Shown piece after piece: positions 19,910-29,456 of a stretch of DNA of 64,000 nucleotides. Where the stretch lies: contig OY761158.1 of NCBI GenBank assembly GCA_963664405.1, positions 1,472,001 through 1,536,000 of the forward strand. The letters run 5' to 3'. A program made the translations under genes and the position numbers. How positions within the stretch are numbered: the first letter of the stretch is position 1; every line of letters starts with the position of its first letter. The notes under the pieces are model-generated. The model was not told the origin of the DNA and made no database searches. It saw only the letters and a program-made list of their open reading frames with translations. Origin of the DNA: Thermoanaerobaculia bacterium. Lineage in GTDB: Bacteria > Acidobacteriota > Thermoanaerobaculia > Multivoradales > Multivoraceae.

Positions 19910-21383
19910 CGTCGTTGCCTCCAAGTTGGTCGTAGTCCTCGAGGTTGTGCGGTCTCACGGAGAGATCTCGCTGTTGGAGCTCCTGGCTGAGCGGCACCGG
20001 TAAAGCCGGGGGCTGACCGAGGCCGCGCTGGTGCCGTTCGAGTAGGAGCCGGACGGACTGGAATCGCGGTGCGTGGTTCAGGAGCGCTTCGCGCACGGCT
20101 TTGTCGAGTCGCTGGGGGCCGTACTGGCGCAGGAGTCGGAGCAGGCCGGCGGTCTGCGTTCCGAGGTTCTCGCCTCGCTCGGCGAGCTGCTGCATCAGCT
20201 CTTCGCATCGAGGCACAGCGGAAAACAGCCGATGGAAGCCCCGGTGTCGTCGGGCCCTGCGTTTGTGAGCGAGGAGCTCCTCGAGGTGTTGAGGATCGAG
20301 GATCTGCTCGCCCCGGGAGTACGAGCGAGGGTGCTCGGCGAGGAGCTCCTGGCCATCGAGGATCCGCACCCGATGCTCGCTGGCGAGGAGCGTGACGGTC
20401 CTCTGCACATGACTGTGCGGCACCGAGTAGTCGTTGAGGTCGAAGCGCACGATCGGCGTCTTTCTGACCTTGATCTCCAGTCGCAGGTCGGTTTCGAAGT
20501 CGTCTCCGGGAAGCTCAAGCAGTCGAGGTCGTTCCTGGGCCAGGGCGCTTTTCACGGTTCGCTGTCGGTCCTGCGGCCAGGGTCTGCGCTGCGACCTCTG
20601 GCACCATTCCAGGACCTGCCGATTCAGACGATCCAAATCGCTCACCGTTCGGGCGCCGAAGAACGAGCTTCGCAGGAAGCGGATTGCGCGCTCGACGCGG
20701 CCTTTCTCATTTCCCCGAGCCACCGCGGCGACGGTGGGAAGGAAGCCGTAGTGGCTGGCGAAATCGAGCAGCACGGGATGGAAGCGCACCGCGGTTCCCT
20801 GCCGCTCGATCACCGCGGTTCGCAGGTTGTCGTACAGAACGGTCCTGACGACGCCGTCGACGTAGTGGAAGGCCAGCTGGTGAGCGTGCAAGAAGGTTTC
20901 GAGACGAGTGTCGAGGGTGAAGTGCACGAAGACCGTGCGCGAGAACGACAGCACGAAGACGAAGGCATAGAGCCGACGATGTGCCCGGCCGACGCGGAGC
21001 CGACCGAAGTGGCCCCAGTCGACCTGCGCCTGCTCTCCTGGCAGCATGCGCAGCGAGAGAAACGCCTCGCGCTGGGGCTTCGGTCGCATCGAGGCCACCA
21101 GGTGGCGAAACTGATCCGGGCCTCCTGGATAGCCGCGCTCCACCACCATGGTGTAGAGACGGCTCGCCGGCAGTCGTGGGTAGGTCCCGAGCACCTGCTC
21201 GATGAACGGCAGGTAAGGATCGATCATCCTCCCTCGTCGCTGCTGGGGTAGCACGCCGGACTTCTCCAGCGCCCGGCGCACGGTTGAGGGGTGCAGCTGT
21301 AGCTGTCGAGCGATCGTGCCGACTTTCCACTTCTCGACCAGGAACAGACGACGGATCTCCCCGCGCAGCTGTGCGTCGATCAC
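19875..21383 (-). CDS. istA: IS21 DDE transposase
   Basis: N-terminal HTH, PGEQAQVDWG, LYDNL, EKGRVER, NDYSVP; GTG 21383 inferred. Confidence 0.95.
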   Translation of the reverse strand: MIDAQLRGEIRRLFLVEKWKVGTIARQLQLHPSTVRRALEKSGVLPQQRRGRMIDPYLPFIEQVLGTYPRLPASRLYTMVVERGYPGGPDQFRHLVASMRPKPQREAFLSLRMLPGEQAQVDWGHFGRLRVGRAHRRLYAFVFVLSFSRTVFVHFTLDTRLETFLHAHQLAFHYVDGVVRTVLYDNLRTAVIERQGTAVRFHPVLLDFASHYGFLPTVAAVARGNEKGRVERAIRFLRSSFFGARTVSDLDRLNRQVLEWCQRSQRRPWPQDRQRTVKSALAQERPRLLELPGDDFETDLRLEIKVRKTPIVRFDLNDYSVPHSHVQRTVTLLASEHRVRILDGQELLAEHPRSYSRGEQILDPQHLEELLAHKRRARRHRGFHRLFSAVPRCEELMQQLAERGENLGTQTAGLLRLLRQYGPQRLDKAVREALLNHAPRFQSVRLLLERHQRGLGQPPALPVPLSQELQQRDLSVRPHNLEDYDQLGGNDDGPTQEESNDP

Positions 21384-21387
21384 GCCC

Positions 21388-21783
21388 CTATCTCCGTCGG
21401 CAACGACGAAAGCTCGTTCGCACAAACTCTCGGCAGGCCTCTCCACACTGCATGCATCGCGGATTCCTCGGGTCGTAGCGCACTTCGCGCCTCGGAGTCT
21501 CGATCCGACACAGTGTCCTCCCCGAAGTACCGCCTGGGGTACCCTGATGCGTCACTTTCTCTGCCCGCTCGCGCTGGCGCCGACGGTAGCGGGCCTGACG
21601 GGCGGCATGACAATGCCGACCTCGGAGGCTTCGCTGGTACCGATGGCCGGCCGCCCGAGTCGATTCCCGACGAGCCACCAGAGCACAAGCCCGGCAGTAA
21701 CGCTGGCCACGGTCACAGTGCGAGCACAGCGAGATACGCCGACGGCATCGAGCACAGTCGAAGAGTCGGTAGTCCGGTCGCAT
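21388..21783 (-). CDS. IS-internal Cys-rich, Arg-rich putative zinc-finger protein (ORF1)
   Basis: CARC..CSHC..YCRAC and C-terminal CMQC; GGGAGG SD; stop 4 nt before the istA GTG. Confidence 0.75.
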   Translation of the reverse strand: MRPDYRLFDCARCRRRISLCSHCDRGQRYCRACALVARRESTRAAGHRYQRSLRGRHCHAARQARYRRRQRERAEKVTHQGTPGGTSGRTLCRIETPRREVRYDPRNPRCMQCGEACREFVRTSFRRCRRR

Positions 21784-22142
21784 CGTCGCCTCCCATTCGA
21801 CGACGACCCCGACTCTCTGCCATACTGCAAGCGCAGCTAATGCTGCGGTTTGGGGCAGAGCCCGGGGCGTTTTCTACTTCGCTTTCCCGGGCTCTCGCCG
21901 TCTCTGGTCGGCCTGCTCTATCAGAGCAGAGCCCGCACTGCAAAGCCCTACACCGACTCACGCATCTCTTCCGACCGCAAACACGCCGCCGGGACCACGC
22001 ACCCGGACCGCCGTTCCGGCGGGATGATGCCGCCCTTCCTGAAGAAGGCCTAGCTTTCCCGCGGTCGCGAAGCCCTCAGCTCACTCCATCCCGGAAACTG
22101 CGCTCGCAGCCAACGGGATGCGCTTTCTCGCAGCCATCAACA

Positions 22143-22545
22143 CATCGGCAGGAACACCTCGCTCGCCACCGCCCGCGAGTCCCATTCCGTCGCACAGCAC
22201 GGCACCCAGGACCGCCATCGGGCGGCTTCCCGCGAGAAGGAGCGCAACGTAAGCGCCGATGCCGTAGCCAACGACGGTCGCACTACCGAGCTCGGCGACC
22301 GCTATATCGGCATCCGCCATCAGAATCTCAGCCGTATAGCCGCCGCCCCGGGGCACAGTTGATTGACCGTGTCCAGTGAAGTCAAGAGCACTTACGCTCC
22401 CCGGCCACTCAGCGAGCTCGCCAGGTACTGCCTCTGGAGAGGCTCCACCAAGCTCGTGAAGTACGAGCAGGCACGGCCCGTCGGCGTCACGCAGGGTGTG
22501 CAATGCCAGCTCGACCTGGCCATGCCGAAGCCGGCGGGTCCTCAT
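22143..22545 (-). pseudogene. 5' part of the alpha/beta-hydrolase-fold gene interrupted by IS21
   Basis: LLVLHELGG, ALDFTGHGQS, VGYGIG (no nucleophilic Ser); ATG overlaps the upstream stop. Confidence 0.85.
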
Positions 22546-23474
22546 GAAAGATGGTCAAGCACGAGATCGGTGATGGCTCGAGGCTCCTCGATATGGAGAA
22601 AGTGACCGAGCTCCAGCTCCTCCACCTTCGACGAGCCGGAGAGGTAGGTGCGCAGCTCCTCGGCACTGGCCCCCCACCCCATCGGCTCTTCGATCGTGCT
22701 CACCAGTGCCAACATCGGCACGCGAACTTCGTTGAGCCGATCGAGTGTCCAGTCGGGGCGGAACGGCCCCACTCCCCACCGCATCCCGGGATCCAGCTTC
22801 CATCTCCAACCATCGGGGTCGCGCCTGGCGCCCGCGGTGACCAGATAGCGAAGCCAGTCCGGGGGGAGACGAGGGTTCATCTTGCCGCGACGAGCGGCCA
22901 GCTCCTCGAGCGTCCCAGGACGGCGCACCCCCGTCGCGGCTTGGCGTCGGTGATCGAGCCACTTCACCAAGATCGCCGAGCGCCCCTGCACTCGATCGTC
23001 TTGAGTCAGATCGGGTCGACGCCTACGAGTGCGGGCCGAGCCCAGGCCGTCCATGTTGACGAAGTGGCTGAAGCGCTCCGGCAGCAGCAGGCAGAGATCG
23101 AGTAGAAGCCCCGCACCCTTGGAGTGACCCACCAGGGCGACAGCTTCGTCAGTGGTCGAGTTGAGAACGGCAAGAGCATCTCTAAGATCGGCCGGCCAGT
23201 TGTAGAGCGCAGCATGCTCCGAGTCTCCGTGACCGCGGTGGTCCCAAGAAACAACTCTCCAGCCTCCCGCCGCGAGTAGGGGCGCGAAGCCGTCGAAGGT
23301 GCGCGCGAAGTCGCTGCCGCCATGGGCAAGCAGCAACACCGGAGCAGTCTCACTCCCCCACTCTGCGACCGAGATGCTCAGGCCGAAGGAATCAACCAAG
23401 CGCCGCCGCTCCGGCGGCACCGCGCCGGGGTAGGCGCCATGCGCGAGAGCCTCCGCTGCAGCGATTGCTTTCAT
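22542..23474 (-). CDS. Alpha/beta hydrolase
   Basis: LAHGG, WDHRGHGDS, VGHSKG, GHFLHIEEP; ATG 23474 (the longer ORF runs into the MITE). Confidence 0.88.
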   Translation of the reverse strand: MKAIAAAEALAHGAYPGAVPPERRRLVDSFGLSISVAEWGSETAPVLLLAHGGSDFARTFDGFAPLLAAGGWRVVSWDHRGHGDSEHAALYNWPADLRDALAVLNSTTDEAVALVGHSKGAGLLLDLCLLLPERFSHFVNMDGLGSARTRRRRPDLTQDDRVQGRSAILVKWLDHRRQAATGVRRPGTLEELAARRGKMNPRLPPDWLRYLVTAGARRDPDGWRWKLDPGMRWGVGPFRPDWTLDRLNEVRVPMLALVSTIEEPMGWGASAEELRTYLSGSSKVEELELGHFLHIEEPRAITDLVLDHLS

Positions 23475-23542
23475 GAGAGCGCGCCATTGTACTCGCTCAG
23501 CCCCTGCGCCGGGGCGAGCGGCAGTCCGCGCTTGATCTGGGG

Positions 23543-23711
23543 CTAAAGACCAGCGTTTCCAAAGTTCGTGCACATAGCTCGAGGTCATTCTGTTCGCTGG
23601 CCAGGCGCGGCGACGCAGGCATATTGTGGCCAATATGTCGAGGAGGCGAAACGCCGCCAGCGGGCAGAAGGGGCCGAGATGTGTACGCGAACTTTGGAAA
23701 CGCTGGTCTAG
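23543..23711. mobile_element. CTAG-bounded palindromic MITE-like element, family A copy 2
   Basis: Similar to 11958-12123; left end reads CTAAAGACC; the right CTAG contains the stop codon of the 23708-24418 ORF. Confidence 0.8.
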
Positions 23712-24418
23712 GGACAGGTCGCGAAAGCCGAAGTGTCGGTGACGGCCGCGGAGGCAGTACCGAGGGGGTTCGTATAGGTTCGGCTCTCCCCGGCGAGTAG
23801 ATCACTGACCGTCAGACTCCACTCGACCGTCGTCGAGCCCGAGGCAAAGACCCAGTAGCGATCGTTCAAAGTGCAGCCATTGATGACCTTGAGCGTCATC
23901 TCCCAGTTTCTAGCCTGGAAGAACCACAGGATGCCCGACTCGGACGTCCGCGTGTCCGCCGATACTCGAGCCGGACCGGTGTTGTCCTTGAAGTCACGCC
24001 ACGTGGCCTCGACAGCAAAGCGCCCGTCACGGAGGCAGAGTCGAGTCTCGGAGGGCACGCAGCCGCCCGGCGTCGTATAGCGCTTCGAAAGCAGGAACTC
24101 GAAGCCGCCGATAAAACTGGAGTCCGGCCACTCGGAGTGCCCGAAACCAGACTGGATATCGGCCTCGAATTCAACTCCGAGGCGGTCGAGCTGGTCGACA
24201 ATCGCTGCATACGACGCGCCGAAAAAGTTCGGATCTTCGGTTCCGTAGTAGAGGTGGATCGGCGCCGCATAGTCGAGATCGGCAACATCGATAACCGGGC
24301 GGAAAGGGGCCGAGAGCGAGAAGACTCCGGCGAAGCGAGAGACTGTTCCGTAGGCGAGAACATAGGCAAAAGAGCCGCCCGACGAATGCCCGCCGATCGA
24401 GATGCGCTGTGGATCCAC
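23708..24418 (-). pseudogene. Esterase/depolymerase-like fragment plus Acidobacteria-type C-terminal domain; N-terminus apparently missing
   Basis: GGHSSGG, YYGTED, GFGH; then CVPSETRLCLRDGRF..WFF..NWE..KVINGC..YWVF..DTSAFATCP; no upstream in-frame start. Confidence 0.65.
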
Positions 24419-24615
24419 CGGCAGATCCGCACCCCCCTTTGCCTCACTAAGGATCCCTGCTGGGGAGGGACCGAAGAGGTTGGGCGCGGACCGCCGCCAC
24501 GGACGATGTTCGCGTAAAGCTTCCGTATCGTCAAGCCGCCGGCCCAGGGAATGATCGTTATCTATGCATCAATCGCTATATTCATGTTAAAGTTTGCAGC
24601 TTCTCTCGAGACATC

Positions 24616-27051
24616 GTGAACAAGAAGCCAGACACAACCCGGATCGAGGAACCCTTCCTGCCCGGGAAGAACCCCTTCTCAGATGAGCGCATCGGCATCG
24701 CACTGGTCGAGCCACCGACCACGGAGGCAGGCGGCCAAAAACATGGCCCGGACGCCGTTCCCGGGCTCGACCCGGTCACTATCGGCCCCTATCGCATTGT
24801 CGGCCTCCTCGGCGAGGGCGGAATGGGGACCGTCTACGAGGCAGAGCAGAGCGAGCCTCTGGAGCGAACCGTCGCCCTCAAGGTGATCAGGAGGGACAAG
24901 GACAGCCGTGAGGTGTGGAGCCGCTTCGACACCGAGCGCCAGGCGTTGGCGATGATGGAGCACCCGTCGATCGCCAAAGTCTTCGATGCCGGCACCACCC
25001 CCGCCGGACAGCCGTACTTCGCCATGGAATTGGTACATGGTCCGCCCCTCGGCGAGTACTGCGATCGGGAATGGCTGTCGCTACGCGAGCGCCTCGAGCT
25101 CTTCCGACATCTCTGCTCCGCCGTCGAGCACGCTCATCAGAAGGGAGTCATTCACCGCGATCTCAAGCCTTCGAACGTTCTGGTCGAAACCACTGCCGGT
25201 TCGCCCCGACCGAAGGTGATCGACTTCGGTATCGCCCGGGCGCTGGAGAGTGGGCCTGACACTAAAGCGGTGACTCAGCTGGGCAGGATCCTCGGGACTC
25301 CCCGCTACATGAGTCCCGAGCAGCGCGAGACGTCGAGCCGAGGCCTCGATACCCGAACCGACATCTACTCCCTTGGCGTCATGCTCTACGAGCTCCTGGC
25401 GGGTACGCCCCCGCACGACGACGAGAGCCCTCCGCCAGAGCCCATTCCACCGAGCCGCCGCTTCTCGCAGCTCGGGGATGAACAAACGGAGATCGCTCAG
25501 AGAAGGAGGACCCGACCGGCGGCTCTGAAGCGAATGCTCAAGGGCGATCTCGACCGCCTCGCGACCAAGGCGATCGCCCCAGAGCGTGAGGAGCGCTACG
25601 CGACGGCCAACGCCCTGGCTCTGGACATCGAACGTTATCTGAATTCCGAGCCGATCCTCGCCCGGGGACCGAGCGCCACTTATCGGGTCACGAAGTTTGT
25701 TCGCCGCCACTGGGTCGGCGCTCTGTCGGCGGCGACCGTGCTCATCGCCCTCCTCGTCGGGCTCGGCGTCGCCACCCACGAGCGTCAGCAGGCCATCCGT
25801 GCCGAACGTGTCGCCACCGCCGAGTCCCGGGCCTCACAGCAGGTCGCTGACTTCATGATTGGCCTCTTCGACGTCGCGGACCCCTGGATTTACCAGCCCG
25901 ACGAGCTCAGCGCCCGGGATCTTCTCGATCAAGGAGCCGAAGAGATCGAGACCGCACTCGAGGACCCGCCCCTGATCCGAGCTCGACTCCTCTACACAAT
26001 GGGGGCGGCCTACTCGAGCCTAGGCTCCTACGATCGAGCCTTGGCGATGCTCGAAGAGGCCCGCGAGATCCAGAGCCGGGAAGGTGGAAGGGATAGCCTT
26101 CCCCTGGCAGCGACCCTGAATCAGCTGGGAACCGTATATCAGGAGCTTGGTCGTTTTCGCGAGGCCGAGCTCGTTCATCTGCGCTCGCTCACCATCCACG
26201 AGGACCGACTCGGCCCAGAGCATCCGGCAGTGGTCGGGATCCTTGGCAGCCTGGGCACGAGCTACGGAATCCAGGAGAAGTTCGACGAATCCCAGGCGGT
26301 GAAGGAGCGGGCTCTGGCGCTGGCGGAAAAGCTCGAGGGCCCAAATCACCCCAGTGTTGCGATGGCGCTCCACAACCTCGCCATCAACCACGCCGAGCAG
26401 GGCAAGCTGGAGCTCGCCGTGCTTCCCCTGCGCAGAGCGGTCGCCATTCTCGAGGCGGCGGGCGAAGAGGAGCAGCTCGCGTTGGCTCAGGCGTTAGGGA
26501 CGATGGGCCTCCTGCAGATGGAAATGGGACGCCTCGAGGAGGCCGAGGCCGCCGTGCGCAGGTCTCTCCAGACCCTCGAGAGCGCCTTCGGGCTCGAGCA
26601 CCCGATGGTCGCGAAAGACGCGAGGACGCTCGGTTTCGTCGTCATGGGGCTCGGCCGACTCGACGAAGCCCGCGATCACTTTCAGAGGGCCCTGAGCATC
26701 GAGGAGGGAATCTTCGACCCCGACAGTTACCAGGTGGCCTACACTCGACATGGTCTCGCCATGCTCGATCTGGCGGCCGGTCGCCCTCTCGACGCCGAGC
26801 GCAGCTGGCGCGAGATCCTCCCTATCGTGGAAGAGAGGGTCGGCATCCTGGTGGCGGCAGAGGCGCACCACGGTCTCGCCTCGATCCTCCACGCCCGCGG
26901 CGAGCTCGAGGAAGCTGAGAGGCTCTACCTGCTCGCCCTCGGAGCACGGAGGGAGATCTTCGGAGAGACGGGAGAGCCGACTCAGGAGACTGCCGAGGCC
27001 TATGCGGCTCTTCGCCGCAACGTCATTCGCCGCCCTGACGCGTCTCAGTGA
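24616..27051 (+). CDS. Ser/Thr protein kinase with TM helix and TPR repeats
   Basis: GEGGMG, VALK, HRDLKPSN, DFG, GTPRYMSPEQ, DIYSLG; TPR-like HPxVA repeats. Confidence 0.93.
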   Translation: MNKKPDTTRIEEPFLPGKNPFSDERIGIALVEPPTTEAGGQKHGPDAVPGLDPVTIGPYRIVGLLGEGGMGTVYEAEQSEPLERTVALKVIRRDKDSREVWSRFDTERQALAMMEHPSIAKVFDAGTTPAGQPYFAMELVHGPPLGEYCDREWLSLRERLELFRHLCSAVEHAHQKGVIHRDLKPSNVLVETTAGSPRPKVIDFGIARALESGPDTKAVTQLGRILGTPRYMSPEQRETSSRGLDTRTDIYSLGVMLYELLAGTPPHDDESPPPEPIPPSRRFSQLGDEQTEIAQRRRTRPAALKRMLKGDLDRLATKAIAPEREERYATANALALDIERYLNSEPILARGPSATYRVTKFVRRHWVGALSAATVLIALLVGLGVATHERQQAIRAERVATAESRASQQVADFMIGLFDVADPWIYQPDELSARDLLDQGAEEIETALEDPPLIRARLLYTMGAAYSSLGSYDRALAMLEEAREIQSREGGRDSLPLAATLNQLGTVYQELGRFREAELVHLRSLTIHEDRLGPEHPAVVGILGSLGTSYGIQEKFDESQAVKERALALAEKLEGPNHPSVAMALHNLAINHAEQGKLELAVLPLRRAVAILEAAGEEEQLALAQALGTMGLLQMEMGRLEEAEAAVRRSLQTLESAFGLEHPMVAKDARTLGFVVMGLGRLDEARDHFQRALSIEEGIFDPDSYQVAYTRHGLAMLDLAAGRPLDAERSWREILPIVEERVGILVAAEAHHGLASILHARGELEEAERLYLLALGARREIFGETGEPTQETAEAYAALRRNVIRRPDASQ

Positions 27052-27184
27052 GTTCTAGACACTCGCCTTTGGCGCGTGATCTAGCGAGCGGGTGGCACCT
27101 TTTCGCCGCGAGATAAGTCCGCATAGACAAATGCCTATTCTAGTGGCCGGTCCACAGCGCAGAGCCGCCCACGGCACCCGTCTC

Positions 27185-27230
27185 CTAGGGCCGGCCGTCC
27201 AGGGCACCCCACCTCACCGCGTGCTCGTCG
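27185..27230. repeat. Partial inverted copy of the family B element end, starting with CTAG
   Basis: 27189-27230 is the reverse complement of 30136-30177 with one mismatch. Confidence 0.75.
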
Positions 27231-27263
27231 CGAATGTGAGATATTGGAGATATCTAGACCTCT

Positions 27264-27893
27264 CTAGAGGCCGCCCAGGGCGGCGGCCAATGGCACGTCC
27301 CCTTCGAGCAGGCTGAAGGACTTGCCTATGGTGTTGTCCAGGTCCAGGCACATCAGGAGGGCCGCAGCGAGGTTCTCGCGAGAGGTCAATCCCTTTCCAA
27401 ACAGTTCCGTGCCGACCGAAACAAGCCCCGAGCCCGGCTCATCGGTCAAGCCGCCGGGGCAGACGATCGTGTAATCGAGATCGGTCTCGCGCAAATGGTT
27501 GTCGGCGTGGGCCTTAGCCCTGTGGTAGTGCGCGATCCGGGACTGACTGTTCACATCGTTGTTGATCGAGCTGAGCATGATGAATCGCCGAGCACCATTC
27601 ACCTGCGCTGCAACCATCGACCGAATCGCACCGATGTGATCGATCAGCACGGTCTTGTCTTTCCCCGTCTTGCCTCCCGAGCCCGCCGCGAAGATGACCG
27701 CGTCACAGCCTTGCACGGCATGATCGATCGGATACTCGAGATCTGCCAGAACTGTCGGCACACCAAGCTCATCGAACTTGACCCGCTGTTGTGGGCTTCT
27801 GATCATGGCGAGGGGCTCGTGCTGACTGTCAGCGAATCGCCGAACCAGGCGCTTCCCAGTGTTGCCGTTGGCTCCGATGACAAGAACTTTCAT
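27264..27893 (-). CDS. NAD(P)-binding atypical SDR oxidoreductase
   Basis: VIGANGNTG, DAVIFAAGSG, YHRAK, YTIVCPGGL. Confidence 0.9.
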   Translation of the reverse strand: MKVLVIGANGNTGKRLVRRFADSQHEPLAMIRSPQQRVKFDELGVPTVLADLEYPIDHAVQGCDAVIFAAGSGGKTGKDKTVLIDHIGAIRSMVAAQVNGARRFIMLSSINNDVNSQSRIAHYHRAKAHADNHLRETDLDYTIVCPGGLTDEPGSGLVSVGTELFGKGLTSRENLAAALLMCLDLDNTIGKSFSLLEGDVPLAAALGGL

Positions 27894-27902
27894 ATGGACT
27901 CC

Positions 27903-29456
27903 TTACGGCATGAACGGCGTCGAAGTGGGGCCCAGCTGGGTTTCCAACATCGGCTGGGCCAGCTCGACGAATTCACACAGCATCGGTCGGGTTTCTCTCG
28001 GGTCCATGATGTCTTCGATATTGAAAGCCTCGGCGGTGCGAAACGGGGACGCGAGCTGATCCAGCCGGTCCTCGATCTCTTTCTGTTTGGCGGCAGGATC
28101 GTCCGAGTCCGCGATGATCCTGCGGTAGGCCGCGGAGACACCGCCGGAGATGTGCATCGAGCCCCAATGGCCTGACGGCCAGGCCACCCGCTTGAACATG
28201 CCGCTGGGCCGGTCGTGGCATTGCCCTGCGACCCCGTAGAGCTGGCGGATGATGACCGTGATCCACGGCATCTGGGTCCGCAAGGTGGCGCAGAGAATCT
28301 TGGCACCTGCCCGAAGGATGCCCTGCTGCTGCTGGTCCGGACCCGACAGGAACCCGGGCTCGTCGGCGAGGTAGACCATCGGCAGATGGAAGGTGTCGCA
28401 CATCTGCAGAAAACGAATGACCTTGACCCCAGCCGCCACGTCCATGGCACCGCCGAGATGCCTGGGGTTGTTGATCATGACCCCGGTTGGGTAGCCATTG
28501 AGCCGAGCCAGGCCGACGATGCGAGAGAGGCCGTAGTGAGGCGTGATCTCGAAAAAAGATCCCTTGTCGAGCACCGCATCCAAGATCGGGCGCGGGTCGT
28601 AGACTCGGCGCTTGTCGCGCGGGATGATCGAAAGCAGATTCTCTTCCTTCCGATTGGGATCATCGTCACACTCGACCCGCGGCGCCATCTGCCAGACGTT
28701 GGTCGGCAGGTAGCTGAGGAAGCGCTTGATCATGTCGAAAGCTTCTGCCTCGCTCTCGGCGAGGTTGTCGATCACCCCGGCCTGGTACACCTGCGTCCTC
28801 TCGTCGCCGAGATCTTCCTTGGAGATGTCGATACCGAGGGAAGCCTTGACCACCGGCGGGCCGCCAGGGAAGACCTGAGAGATTCCTTTGACCATCACAC
28901 TGAAGTGGGCCAGACAGGCATCGACGGCGGGGAGGCCCGCTACGGAACCGAGTGCAGCGGAAACCACTGGTACCTCGCACAGCAGCTTCTCGATGCCTGG
29001 CGTAACCGGATTGGTGGGAATGTAGGTCCGCCCGATCTGCTCGAAGGTCTTTACGCTTCCGCCGGGAGAATCCAGCAGCCGTATGTAGGGGAGCCTCCAG
29101 TCGGCCGCCAGATTCTGGGCGTGCCCCTGTTTGTTGCCGATCGCCGCATCAGAAGCTCCCCCACGCACAGTGAAGTCGCCGCCATTGAGTACGACCTTGC
29201 GGCCGTTGAGGCGGCACAGGCCGATCAGCACGTTGGACGGCCTTACATCCACGAGCTCGCCATCCTCATCATAGGTGGCCGCCCCCGCCAGCCGACCGAT
29301 CTCCTCGAAAGAGCCCGAGTCCGAGAAGAGCTCGATCCGCTCACGGATGGTCAGCTTCCCTCGACCGTGCTGGATCTCGATCCCTTTCTCGCCGCCCAAC
29401 TTCTCGGCCATTGCCATGCGACGGGCGATTTCTTCTACTTCGGGTTCCCAGACCAT
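27903..29456 (-). CDS. Acyl-CoA carboxylase carboxyltransferase subunit
   Basis: GKLTIRERI, DFTVRGG, GGPPVV, GLARLNG, CDTFHLP, DEPGF; AGGAG before ATG 29456. Confidence 0.92.
   Translation of the reverse strand: MVWEPEVEEIARRMAMAEKLGGEKGIEIQHGRGKLTIRERIELFSDSGSFEEIGRLAGAATYDEDGELVDVRPSNVLIGLCRLNGRKVVLNGGDFTVRGGASDAAIGNKQGHAQNLAADWRLPYIRLLDSPGGSVKTFEQIGRTYIPTNPVTPGIEKLLCEVPVVSAALGSVAGLPAVDACLAHFSVMVKGISQVFPGGPPVVKASLGIDISKEDLGDERTQVYQAGVIDNLAESEAEAFDMIKRFLSYLPTNVWQMAPRVECDDDPNRKEENLLSIIPRDKRRVYDPRPILDAVLDKGSFFEITPHYGLSRIVGLARLNGYPTGVMINNPRHLGGAMDVAAGVKVIRFLQMCDTFHLPMVYLADEPGFLSGPDQQQQGILRAGAKILCATLRTQMPWITVIIRQLYGVAGQCHDRPSGMFKRVAWPSGHWGSMHISGGVSAAYRRIIADSDDPAAKQKEIEDRLDQLASPFRTAEAFNIEDIMDPRETRPMLCEFVELAQPMLETQLGPTSTPFMP

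Larger units (their letters stand above)
18753..22142 (-). mobile_element. Complete IS21-family insertion sequence (3390 bp) with four ORFs
   Basis: TG...CA ends; 40-bp imperfect IRs 18753-18792 and 22103-22142 (32/40); CATCG direct repeat at 18748-18752 and 22143-22147; istA and istB inside. Confidence 0.93.

Noticed and set aside
23475-23633. N-terminal extensions in the ORF track (also 29457-29867, 38363-39439, 45862-46128)
   Set aside because: They run through repeats, intergenic DNA or opposite-strand genes; better starts lie downstream
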